NCBI GenBank assembly: GCA_000165345.1
Contig: CM000429.1
Span: forward strand, 320,001-384,000
Direction of reading: 5' to 3'
Length of the DNA: 64,000 bases
Shown here: in pieces, positions 1 through 9,807 of the stretch
Numbering within the stretch: the stretch's first letter is position 1
Layout of the letters: each line of letters starts with the position of its first letter
The notes under the pieces: generated by a model
Database searches by the model: none
The model's input: only the letters and a program-made list of their open reading frames with translations
Told to the model about the DNA's origin: nothing
Program-made: the position numbers and the translations under genes

Positions 1-555
1 AAAATTGTTTAGCTTTTAAACTTCATTCTCAAACTTATCGTTTATCCTCCTCGGATTATTGTCGAAATTGTATCAATATTTTTTTAAAAAGTGTCCACAT
101 GAAATTTTTTAAAAAATTAAATTTTAAAAATCTGGTCTATTTAGATAGCTATATGGTAATTGAGAGAAGAATGCCTTTCAGTTTAGAATTAGAATAGCTA
201 AGAAAATTCAACATTATTTATTTTTGGTTAGAAGGGATTTAATTGAAAGCTACATACTTCAGGCTAATTTTGTGTGCATAATTGTATTTTTTTTTTGTTA
301 CTGAATTGGTGCCGGCAATATTAAGAGGGGAAATCAAACGACATTGTTTAATTAAAAAATCCAATTTTCTTGAAAAAGAAAATTGGGAATATTAATTAAT
401 TAGTTAGTAAGTATAAATATTAATAAGTAATTATTCATATTCATATTTGTCTATTTTATCGAGTTATTACTTTAGTAAACTTAATATTAAAGGATAGTCG
501 AAAATAGAAAGGAGGAATCTGGTACTAGTAGCTCTGGTAGGTGTAATATGATAAT

Positions 556-2979
556 ATGAAACAAGATTTAACAGTTGTTAAAAGGATAAAGATTGAAGAG
601 AAATGTAAAAAAGTGGGTAATCTAGATATTAAATACGAACCAGAGACGGATATCGAAAACAAAGCCGGTTATATGAACTCAGAAAAATATACATCATTGT
701 TCGATGGCTCTGATAGAGATGATGAGGATCTTAATAGAGGATTTAAGCGCTTGGTTCGAAGAAAGAGAAGTGCTAGAAATCTCTCTGATTCATCCAGTGT
801 ATCCTCTTCATCTATTGAATCTATTGGAAAAAGCGATTTTACAGATTTAGAAAACAGCTCTCAAGATGATCAAACTTTTGAAGAAAAAGAAGCAAAGAGG
901 TTAAGGGAATTAATGCAGAGAGAAGAAGATGCTCTATCTTTCTGCTTGGATATTTCTTCGAAGATGAAAGAGGGGATTGTCGACTTTTTTGTAGGAAATA
1001 ATGCAGACAATGAAACTAAAAAGCAGATTACCGACAATATTAAGAATGGGCATTGTAATATTAGTAAACTTACAGAGGAATTGAAAAAAAGTGAAATATT
1101 TGAGTATATCAACTCTTTTGGTGATACTAGATTGAAGGAATACCAAATAGTTGGAGTCTCATGGCTTTTGGCTTTGCATCAGAATTCATATAATGGCATT
1201 CTTGCCGATGAAATGGGGTTAGGTAAGACTGCTCAAACTTGTGTTTGGTTGCAATATCTATTTGATTCTGGAAAGTTGGTAAAACCCGTAATAATTAGTT
1301 GTCCTGCTTCCTTATTAGATAATTGGACAAAGGAAGTATCTATTTGGGCCCCAAGAATTAGAGCTGTAAAGTACCATGGATCTCAAAAGGAAAGACGCCA
1401 AATCGCCGACCAACTTTTTGAGGAATATGAGGAATCTAGAGTGGATGTAATTATCACCACTTTCCAAATGCTCAGCAATAAGATGGACATTAATATGGCT
1501 TTCAAACACTTTGAATTTTCATATATGATAGTAGATGAGGCTCATAACATCAAAAATTCGGCTTCTCAAAGGTATAAATCCATGAGTAGGAAGATCCAAT
1601 CTGAGAGAAAGCTGTTATTGACTGGAACTCCAATATCCAACTCTATTTCAGAGCTTAGTAATATGCTTATCTTCTTGATGCCAGAGGTATTCAATTCTGA
1701 TCTGCTAGAGGATGCGTATAATAGTTATAAGCGCAAGATTTCAAATAGAGAAAAGCTTGATGAAGCTAACTCTGAGGTATTGTTCCTCCAACAGATTATT
1801 GCTCCCTTTGTACTCAGGAGGTCTAAGCAGGACGTACTATCCTGCTTGCCTAAGAAGCACACCTTTATCGAATTCTGTGAGCTAACTAAAATACAAAAGA
1901 AACAGTATGATAATGAAATTGGACGTATATATATGGAAAAAGACTCAGTAAATGATTCAAAAGATTCAAATATGCTTGATAAGGACTCCAACCAAGAATC
2001 TTCAGATGAGAAGAAGCTAATTAACTTAATTGAAAGAAAGATCCAAGATAAGGTAAACAGCCACTTTGGAGATTCAGCTTCTGCTGAGAATGAAAAGGAA
2101 TCTGAAGACGATAATCTTAACTCAAATGATCTAAAAACAGGTTTACAAGACTACGATCAAGATCAGGAACAAGCTGAACAAGTAAAATCTCGTGAAGGAG
2201 GAAAACATCACTACGACCCAAAATACGTAAATTCGATTATATTCAGGATGAGAAGGATTTGTAACCATACCCTTTTACACCAGGGCCACTATACTAGCAA
2301 GCAAATAGAAGAGCTTGTGGACTACTTGTCAGATAATGTGGATGAATTCAAAGGGTACTCTAGGATTAAAGTAGAACAATATATTACTCAGCTCTGTGAC
2401 TATGAGATTCATCAGCTTGTTTCTAGACTTTTAATAGTGAAGAACTCCCCATTACTTGAGAGATTTAGGATTGATGATGAACTAATTATTAATGGGAGCT
2501 GTAAGCTAAAGAAAATGAACGAAATTATCCAAAGCACAGTAATCGAGAACAAGGAAAAGTGCCTTATTTTTTGCCATCACACAATGCTACTCGATATTAT
2601 CGAAGAGTATATAAAGATTAAGTATAACATTCCTGACTTCTACTTGAGATTGGACGGGACAACTCCCATACTTGAAAGACAAAATATGATAGAGAAATTT
2701 CAGACTACTCAGGTTCCGTTGTTTCTTTTGTCAACAAAGGCAGCCGGGCAAGGCCTGAATCTTACAGTTGCATCATCTGTTATTATGATGGACCTTGACT
2801 ACAACCCCCAAATAGAAAAACAAGCAGAGGATAGAGTTCACAGAATAGGCCAAAGCAAACAAGTGAAAATCTTTAAGTTGGTTTGCAAGGATACTATAGA
2901 AGAAAATATCTTTAATTGCTGCCAATCCAAGCTAACTTTAGACAACGCCTTTGGGGGGAGGAATCAAAGACAGTTCTAA
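556..2979 (+). CDS. SNF2-family DNA-dependent ATPase (Fun30/SMARCAD1/ERCC6L-like chromatin remodeller)
   Basis: Helicase motifs are visible in the translation. Motif I is LADEMGLGKT, motif II is DEAHNIKN and motif III is LLLTGTPISN. The C-terminal lobe reads LSTKAAGQGLNL...DLDYNPQIEKQAEDRVHRIGQ. An N-terminal basic NLS-like KRLVRRKRSARN and acidic Ser-rich tract are present. An acidic insertion separates the two RecA lobes. Confidence 0.85.
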   Translation: MKQDLTVVKRIKIEEKCKKVGNLDIKYEPETDIENKAGYMNSEKYTSLFDGSDRDDEDLNRGFKRLVRRKRSARNLSDSSSVSSSSIESIGKSDFTDLENSSQDDQTFEEKEAKRLRELMQREEDALSFCLDISSKMKEGIVDFFVGNNADNETKKQITDNIKNGHCNISKLTEELKKSEIFEYINSFGDTRLKEYQIVGVSWLLALHQNSYNGILADEMGLGKTAQTCVWLQYLFDSGKLVKPVIISCPASLLDNWTKEVSIWAPRIRAVKYHGSQKERRQIADQLFEEYEESRVDVIITTFQMLSNKMDINMAFKHFEFSYMIVDEAHNIKNSASQRYKSMSRKIQSERKLLLTGTPISNSISELSNMLIFLMPEVFNSDLLEDAYNSYKRKISNREKLDEANSEVLFLQQIIAPFVLRRSKQDVLSCLPKKHTFIEFCELTKIQKKQYDNEIGRIYMEKDSVNDSKDSNMLDKDSNQESSDEKKLINLIERKIQDKVNSHFGDSASAENEKESEDDNLNSNDLKTGLQDYDQDQEQAEQVKSREGGKHHYDPKYVNSIIFRMRRICNHTLLHQGHYTSKQIEELVDYLSDNVDEFKGYSRIKVEQYITQLCDYEIHQLVSRLLIVKNSPLLERFRIDDELIINGSCKLKKMNEIIQSTVIENKEKCLIFCHHTMLLDIIEEYIKIKYNIPDFYLRLDGTTPILERQNMIEKFQTTQVPLFLLSTKAAGQGLNLTVASSVIMMDLDYNPQIEKQAEDRVHRIGQSKQVKIFKLVCKDTIEENIFNCCQSKLTLDNAFGGRNQRQF

Positions 2980-5900
2980 CTCCTTTCTACCTCACTAGGC
3001 AATAGCTTATCTTCTGTATTATCGTCAAACATAATAGTAGTGCTATTTTCAACATTTTGCTGATCTCTTTCTTCCAATAGTATTTCTCCTGAATCTGTTA
3101 AATATTCATATTCGAAGTTTTGGATATCCTCATCGAGCAAAATAGAGGAAATTTCTGATTTGACCTGGTTAGACAGCATTAAGTGGTTTTCTATGAATTC
3201 CTTAATATTTGGGAATCTTCTGTATAAGATTCCCACCATTTCTAGAAGAGCAAAATAATCAGAAGTATCAACCGGCTTGTCAATAGCTACATCTTTTCTC
3301 TCAGAACAACCCTTATTTTGCTCAGATTCATCTTTATTAGTTGAAACATTTCTCAAAGCTTCCTGGGATTCCATATAAGCCTTAACTAAGACATTTATCT
3401 CTTCCTGCTTCTTTTTTATAATCTTGATTAAATTCTTTCGATCATTCAACATTTTCTCAGTTAAGTAGATACAGTTGACACACTCATCTTCGCTCTTCAT
3501 CAATATTTCCTGCTCTTTTGAAACAAAAATCTCATGATCAATTTTGTCTTTAAAGCTAAGGTCCTCTTTTGAGTAAATACCTCTATTTCCCGCGCAATTC
3601 AGAATTGCATGTAATATGCATGCATGAGTTTGTTTATTGAGTACAAAGCTACTATAATAATGAGTTTTGAACCTTTTATTAATTTGATTGAGGATATTGG
3701 TATTTTTTAAAGCTCCAAATCTGAACAATAGGACGGAAATAACATCAGAGATAAGTGAGCAAGAGTCCTTGTTAAGTTGAGTTTTAAGTTTTTCATCAAG
3801 AAGCTTTATGCTTTGAATAAAAGAATTTGAGATCTCAAAATCTGGGTTTTTAATGTTAAATGCAATAAGGGAGATTATCACTTGAGTTAAAGTAGTCATA
3901 GTATTGAAAACATGAGAGTTTTTATTCATCTGTATGTTTTCATCTTCGTTCTTAGTTCCATAAGCTTTAATTAAGTTCAGAAGCAAAGTATTATATTCAG
4001 TTTCCAGTGCTTCTAATATATCCGTAATCATCGGTCTCCCAAGGTCTATAAGCTTTCCAAAAACCTCTTTTTGGGAAGAATTTGATGAATTTTGTACCTT
4101 AACATTATCAGATTGTTCATTTTCCCATATTTTATTAACCACTGAAGTAATATCATTAATTTTGAAATCTTTCTTAATTGAAAAGTGCAAACCATTCAAA
4201 ATGAGAATTTGTAATATCTGAATACATCTGAATAGTCTATAATGGAATATCTGTGTTAAATTAAGATTTGCTTCATCTTCTTGAGAGCTTTGAGAGCCAT
4301 CTTCAATTGCTAATTGAGTTTCCAATCTCAAGAAAACTGATTTATTATATAAACGCTGGAACTCTGTAATAGGGAACCAAAAACAAAATGAAATAAAATC
4401 TTTAAAAATCTTATCTTGAGAAGAGCCTATTTTGTCTAAAGAAAACGAGCCAAGATTTTGATCATTTATCAAAGATTTAAATACAGAATCATCTCTTGAA
4501 ATAAGTAGGCTCAAAGAAAAGGTTTTAGGTATAATAATAACTCCAAACCATTCTAGAAGACTATTTTCCATTTGGTTCATATACTTTTCTTTTAGCTCCT
4601 GTATTTGTTTTGCATGCTGTTCAATTTCAGATGACTTATTCTCAGTAATATAATCTATTGTAGGCTTGTAATCAGAAATAATCTTGCTAAATCCAAACCA
4701 AAGAGCAGGAGTTATACCAGAAGACAAGACCATAGAGCACCATTCTGGGTTATTAACTGGACTTTGATCTTGGAAAGTCAGTAAAAATTGTATCACTTTT
4801 TCTAAAAGTCCAAATTTTATTAAAACTGGACTAGCAATCATAGTGCATAAGATTTCTCTCATTTTCTCAGCCATATTTAGTGAGCTTCCTATGTTCATCG
4901 ATTGAATGTAAGAATTCGAGATTTCAACTACTCTTAATATAATAGATGCAAGGATCATATTTTGTTCATTTCCTATTAAGCTCTCATTACCTTGTACCAC
5001 ATCAACATTATACATTTCGCTGTTATAAAAACTATATTCAAGAAACAAGAAGCAAAACCCAATTAGATCAGTTATAATATCCAGAAATACTTGTTTTTCA
5101 TTACTCGCCTCCACGATAAACTTTAAGCAATTTTGGGACTTTGATATATGAAATATAATCTCAATGGAGATTTGTAGAATCTCAAGATTTGAGTACATTG
5201 GTGAACCAAAATCAGTAATTAACAAAAAGTCATCAATAATGTTATCAGATTGAATAAACCCTTTGTGGGGTCCGTCCTTTTTGATAAATTGTTGAGTTTC
5301 TTCTTGAATAATATTCAAAATCTTTGAAACTGAACCATTATAGGTGATCATTTTTTGTACCTCCGAATTCGACTTAGTTAAGAGCATTAATAGTTCAAGA
5401 GAGTTCTGTAAATAAGAACTACGATTATCTAAACCATCCATAATAAGCTCTAAAAGTATTCCCATGCAATCTCCTTGAGAAAGAATTATTTGATCCAGTT
5501 TAAAGTTTCCTAATCCGCTCTTTTGGATTATACTAAGAATCTTTACAACGTCATACTTAATATAAATGTCAGTTTCCTCATAATTTATATGTCTCAAAGT
5601 TTCAAGTAATTGGGTACCTCCTTTACTTACGTTTGCAACTTCCTCAATAATTTTTGCATTTTCGACCTCTATGGAACTTTCCTTATTTGGAAAGGGACTT
5701 GGAAAATCACAGCAACTTATAAACTTAGAATTACTTTTGTTATCATCAATCATCTTTATTATTAACTGAAGTATATTTGAAAGGATATTTTTGTTAATAT
5801 CATTCCCCATCCAGCTTATTACCCAAAATACTAATTGTACCCACTCTCTCTGTAAAATTAAGGCATTTCTATTTTTTTCTCCAAATTCCACTAGAGAATT

Positions 5901-6047
5901 AATCCCTGCCTCGACTTTTTCAGTATTTTTTGAAGTAATTGAATTCCTTACATCAGCTATAATATAGTCAACATCCAGTGAGGCATCCAGTAGAGAAACT
6001 GAATTCAACACTTTTTCATTGACTTTTCTCAATAGAGAAAATGCCAT
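2976..6047 (-). CDS. Uso1/p115-like vesicle tethering factor (armadillo head + short coiled coil + acidic C-terminal tail)
   Basis: The N-terminal region aligns by eye with the p115 head. LLETLRHINYEE...VVKILSIIQ and ILSQGDCMGILLELIMDGLDNRSSYLQNSLELLMLLTKSNSEVQKMITYNGSVSKILNIIQEE correspond to p115 LLSLLEEFDFHVRWPGVKLLTSLL and ILVSPMGVSRLMDLLADSREVIRNDGVLLLQALTRSNGAIQKIVAFENAFERLLDIISEEG. A coiled-coil segment (KIIKKKQEEINVLVKAYMESQEALRN) and an acidic C-terminus follow, which is the p115 domain order. The assignment is from memory of the family, not a search. Confidence 0.55.
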   Translation of the reverse strand: MAFSLLRKVNEKVLNSVSLLDASLDVDYIIADVRNSITSKNTEKVEAGINSLVEFGEKNRNALILQREWVQLVFWVISWMGNDINKNILSNILQLIIKMIDDNKSNSKFISCCDFPSPFPNKESSIEVENAKIIEEVANVSKGGTQLLETLRHINYEETDIYIKYDVVKILSIIQKSGLGNFKLDQIILSQGDCMGILLELIMDGLDNRSSYLQNSLELLMLLTKSNSEVQKMITYNGSVSKILNIIQEETQQFIKKDGPHKGFIQSDNIIDDFLLITDFGSPMYSNLEILQISIEIIFHISKSQNCLKFIVEASNEKQVFLDIITDLIGFCFLFLEYSFYNSEMYNVDVVQGNESLIGNEQNMILASIILRVVEISNSYIQSMNIGSSLNMAEKMREILCTMIASPVLIKFGLLEKVIQFLLTFQDQSPVNNPEWCSMVLSSGITPALWFGFSKIISDYKPTIDYITENKSSEIEQHAKQIQELKEKYMNQMENSLLEWFGVIIIPKTFSLSLLISRDDSVFKSLINDQNLGSFSLDKIGSSQDKIFKDFISFCFWFPITEFQRLYNKSVFLRLETQLAIEDGSQSSQEDEANLNLTQIFHYRLFRCIQILQILILNGLHFSIKKDFKINDITSVVNKIWENEQSDNVKVQNSSNSSQKEVFGKLIDLGRPMITDILEALETEYNTLLLNLIKAYGTKNEDENIQMNKNSHVFNTMTTLTQVIISLIAFNIKNPDFEISNSFIQSIKLLDEKLKTQLNKDSCSLISDVISVLLFRFGALKNTNILNQINKRFKTHYYSSFVLNKQTHACILHAILNCAGNRGIYSKEDLSFKDKIDHEIFVSKEQEILMKSEDECVNCIYLTEKMLNDRKNLIKIIKKKQEEINVLVKAYMESQEALRNVSTNKDESEQNKGCSERKDVAIDKPVDTSDYFALLEMVGILYRRFPNIKEFIENHLMLSNQVKSEISSILLDEDIQNFEYEYLTDSGEILLEERDQQNVENSTTIMFDDNTEDKLLPSEVERS

Positions 6048-6147
6048 CTTTGTTACAATCAGTGATTAAAGCTGCAGAATCCTATTCGACTTCTTTCTCA
6101 TTTCAACCTTGTATTTATTTATCTTGAAAAAAAAAAACTCCACGTAA

Positions 6148-6160
6148 GTGGCGCGCAAAC
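6148..6160. promoter_or_regulatory. E2F-like GC box (GTGGCGCGCAAAC) in bidirectional promoter between the Uso1-like gene and ATM1
   Basis: A GC-rich TTTSSCGC-type element in an intergenic region that is about 75% AT. CCAAT follows at 6160..6165. Confidence 0.4.
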
Positions 6161-6310
6161 CAATGAAATAAATACTAGAAAATAATATTGTTTGGAATTA
6201 AGATAAATAAGTCTGGTTATAATATTTATCAAATGGAAATAAATAATGCGGAGATTTGTCATCGGAACTAAAAGCTTTTGAAATTCTGAATTCATAATTT
6301 GGTCATTGTG

Positions 6311-8623
6311 ATGTGGGCTTTTACTCAGAAAGCTTCCAACTTAAAAATCTTGAAACCCCATCCTTTTGTTTTGAATAGGTCAACTAAATATGGAATTCTT
6401 TATTTGGGAGTGTTTGCAACCTCAATTAGAGGAAAGAGGGCTTTTTTTTCTTCAGAGTCTAATTTTGCACAAGGCAATTGCATGCATGCAATGACAACTT
6501 CAACCTTTAAAAATAAGGACCTTGCGAAAGAAAACAAGCTTGTGAATATACTAAAGAAAAGTAGATTTATTCAAGAAAAGGATTCAAAAAATATTGAAAT
6601 CCTGACTAAATATTTATGGCCAAAAAATAGGGAATATAGAAAAAGAATCATCTTTTCTTTATTAAGCTTAGGTGTTGCTAAGCTTGCCACAATTCAAGTT
6701 CCATTATTGCTTTCAAGACTTATTGACAATGTAGGAGCTATTAGCTCTTCAAATCTTTCTTTATCTCTTACTAACAAACTCAATGTTCTCTTCTTAATTA
6801 GCTCTTATGGTATCGCAAGAATCTCTTCTTCTGGGTTTAATGAGCTTAGAAACGCCCTTTTTTCTGAAGTTAGTCAATATGCATGCAAGGATTTATCGCT
6901 AAAGGCCTTCCACCATTTTCACAATGTTAGTAATTTGAGTTTTATTCAAAGTCATAGATCTGGGGAACTCCTAACTATAATTACAAGAGGATTTAAGTCC
7001 GTATCTAAATTGCTTAATATAATGATATTTCAGATCATTCCCACTACTGCAGAATTCCTAATGGTTTTAGGGATTCTTCTTCACAAAGTTGGTTCTGAAG
7101 TAGCACTGATTACACTAGCAACAATGGTAGCTTATATGGACTTTACTAGAAGAATTACCCATAAAAGAACTATTTACAGAAAAAACATGAACACCTCCGA
7201 ACAAAAATCGAATGGTCTCTTAAGCGATTCTCTAATCAATGCAGAAACTCTTAAATATCTGAATGGTGAGAAATATATCTATGATCTCTATTCAAAATAC
7301 CAGGAAATATATAAGAATTCGAATGTTAAGGTACAAACATCCCTGGCATTTTTAAATTTTGGCCAGAATTTCATATTTACAGGAGGACTTTTATCAGCAA
7401 TGTTGATAACCACAAACAAAGTTTTAGCAGGAACGTTACCTATTGGTTCCATTGTACTTGTAACTTCTCTTTTATTCCAACTTGCTATTCCTTTAAACTT
7501 TATTGGTATGATTTACAGAGAGTCAAAATTAACTTTGATTGACTTAAGCAAGTTAAATGAGTATCTAACCATAAAGCCAAAAAATTCTTCAAATTCTCAA
7601 TGTAGAACTATACAACTGAATCCAAAAACTAAAGTTTTAGACTTTTACAAAGAAATGAACCTCAATGGAACCGGCTCAAGTTCTAAAAAGAATTCAATTA
7701 AATTGGAAAACGTTTCTTTCGGTTTTCCATCGACTTTTGGAAATGAACATACATATATTGAAACCTCGAACTCTTCTGATGATTTAGTTGTGAATGATCT
7801 TTCTCTTGAAATTCCATTAGGAAAAAGAATGGGATTTGTTGGATCTTCTGGCAGTGGAAAAACAACTTTAGCAAAGCTGATATATAGAATATTCGAGCCA
7901 AACTCAGGAAAGATTCGAATCTTTGGAAAAGAAATTGAAGATTATGAAATAAATGAATATAGAAATTGCTTTGCAGTACTCCCTCAAGAAGTTCTACTAC
8001 TTAATATGAGTATTATCGACAATTTAAAAATTGCAAATAACAACGCAACTCTGGATGAGATTAAGTCAGCATGTAAACTTGCTGGAGTTCATGAGAACAT
8101 TTTGAAGATGAAGAATGGATATGAAACCATTGTAGGTGAAAGAGGATGTAGCTTATCAGGAGGTGAAAAGCAAAGATTAGGTTTTGCTAGGATGTTAATT
8201 AAAAAATCGCCCATTTGGATTCTAGATGAACCTACCAGTGCTTTGGATTTAATAAACCACAATTTCATGGTAAAAATGCTTTCATTTCTCCATGAATACT
8301 CTCTATCAACCTCAAATTCTGTAAATTTAAATGATAAATATGATTTAGGATCTAAATATAAGGATATATTTAGCCTAATACCTTACGTTAAAGATAAGAA
8401 AGAAATTCAAAGCATTAAGAAGCTTATAGATGATATTGTAAAGCTGCCATTAACTATCATTGTAATAGCTCACAGACTCTCCAGTGTCCGTAACTTTGAT
8501 TTAATAGCATATTTGGAAGAAGGAAATGTCAAAGAGGTTGGAAATCACGACCAACTTATTGAAAATAAAATGCAATACTACCAGCTTTGGAACAAACAAC
8601 ATATCGACAGCATACTAAAGTAG
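6311..8623 (+). CDS. ATM1: ABC half-transporter ATM1/ABCB7 (mitochondrial/mitosomal Fe-S cluster-precursor exporter)
   Basis: The transmembrane domain has strong ATM1-specific similarity. [42 protein letters not shown] matches yeast Atm1 [61 protein letters not shown]...[17 protein letters not shown] matches [21 protein letters not shown]...VSQSLAFLNSGQNLIFT. The NBD has Walker A [9 protein letters not shown], signature [13 protein letters not shown], Walker B [12 protein letters not shown] and H-loop IVIAHRLS. The start is set at the first in-frame ATG, because the ORF-track start is TTG. The basic N-terminus is consistent with an organellar presequence. Confidence 0.9.
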   Translation: [770 protein letters not shown]

Positions 8624-8651
8624 TATATAAATAGTTTAATCTCTAACCTAA

Positions 8652-9197
8652 TTAATTATTAAGTGTGTATATTCTTTCTAGAGTTTTTATAAAACCTTGT
8701 TTACTTGATATTTTACTCAGTGGGATATTCTTACTGATCTTTTTCGGAACCTTAATCTGTGCTGATTTACAAATATCCATATTTACTTTTACTAAAGGAG
8801 CCTTAAATGGTCTTATAAGGTTTTTCTTAACAAGAGAATTTTTGTTATCATCATTGTTTTCCGGTGATTTTGGAGGAGTCTTATTAGGAATACCTTTTGA
8901 AACAGACGATGTATTTGCATCCAAATCTTCATCTACTACTAGTTCAACCTCTTCAATTGCTTCTTCATTTACAAGCTCTATTAAATGTCCTGGAAAGCTA
9001 ATTTTTGAAATGTTTATTTTCTGAACATGAGAAGAAAAAGATTCTACAATATCACCTTTATATCCATTTTCGTCAGTCTTATACAAAGAAATTCGGTTAA
9101 TCCCTTTGATATTATCTATTACTACCACTCCATCATGCCATGTTTTTGTCTTCTGAGTTTTTTGTCGTGTATAAAGTACCTCAAATTGCTTCTTCAT
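8652..9197 (-). CDS. Small DUF2439-domain protein (Mte1/Dbl2/ZGRF1 N-terminal-domain family; Mph1/FANCM-associated DNA-repair factor)
   Basis: The N-terminus MKKQFEVLYTRQKTQKTKTWHDGVVVI matches the motif I remember from the ZGRF1/Mte1 N-terminal domain (FIVLYTHQKMKKSKVWQDGILKI). The remainder is a basic and acidic low-complexity tail. The start is moved to the first ATG, because the ORF-track start is TTG. Confidence 0.45.
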   Translation of the reverse strand: MKKQFEVLYTRQKTQKTKTWHDGVVVIDNIKGINRISLYKTDENGYKGDIVESFSSHVQKINISKISFPGHLIELVNEEAIEEVELVVDEDLDANTSSVSKGIPNKTPPKSPENNDDNKNSLVKKNLIRPFKAPLVKVNMDICKSAQIKVPKKISKNIPLSKISSKQGFIKTLERIYTLNN

Positions 9198-9542
9198 AGT
9201 TAATTTACAATATTTTATCACCAAAACATATAACTTAAATTTATTATTGAAATCGATAAATTATATATAAGCCAATATTAATCTGAACTGTCCTAGACAA
9301 CAGTATAAATGCCGATGAGAAATAACCATAAAATTGTCTGTATTCCTTATTCAAGCCATATACTTTGTAAATAAATGTTATTAATATTCTATAATTATCA
9401 AATAGTCTTAAAAAAAGAAAGGTTAAACAACCTAAGGCTTCTCTAAAGTTAAATTTTTCGAAATATTGATGTTTGTGGATCCCCAAGATTTTTATTTATA
9501 ATTTTTTTTTAATAAAAAAAATCAATAAATTGTGTGGGGAGT

Positions 9543-9572
9543 TGGCACTTGCATGCATGCAAAACTTTGGCA
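9543..9572. promoter_or_regulatory. Symmetric composite element TTGGCAC-TT-GCATGCATGC-AAAAC-TTTGGCAC
   Basis: A GCATGCATGC palindrome flanked by two TTGGCAC copies, about 350 bp upstream of the DUF2439 gene. GCATGC is a motif I recall being reported as over-represented upstream of Cryptosporidium genes and bound by ApiAP2 factors. Confidence 0.35.
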
Positions 9573-9807
9573 CTAAATATTTGAATATTCATTTTCTATT
9601 TAACAAAATCTCAAAACAAGAAGTAAGCATAAAGCCATTTATTATATATTGATGAACCCGAACTTCAATTGCTCGATTAATTATTTATTCATACTTTAAT
9701 ATGGCTTGAAATCCAATATATATCAATAGAAATAATTCATGCACACAGTGAATTAGTAAAAGTAGAAAACTATGTTTAGCTTAGCTGAAAAAAAAAATGA
9801 AAAAAAC

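Noticed and set aside
6299-6310. ORF-track start positions using TTG/GTG (e.g. 6299, 35620, 49526, 58781, 59723, 60272, 63568, 9224, 20277, 33394)
   Set aside because: These are alternative-start artefacts of the ORF finder. Eukaryotic nuclear genes are expected to start at ATG, so CDS starts were moved to the first in-frame ATG.
8665-9024. 119-aa + strand ORF antisense to the DUF2439 gene
   Set aside because: It lies wholly inside the minus-strand CDS. It is a low-complexity Ser/Thr/Leu translation with no start context. It is an antisense-frame artefact.
9244-9486. 80-aa minus-strand ORF between the DUF2439 gene and calcineurin B
   Set aside because: It sits in the AT-rich promoter/3'UTR spacer. 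Its composition is Phe/Tyr/Ile-rich, typical of a random AT-rich ORF, with no homology features.
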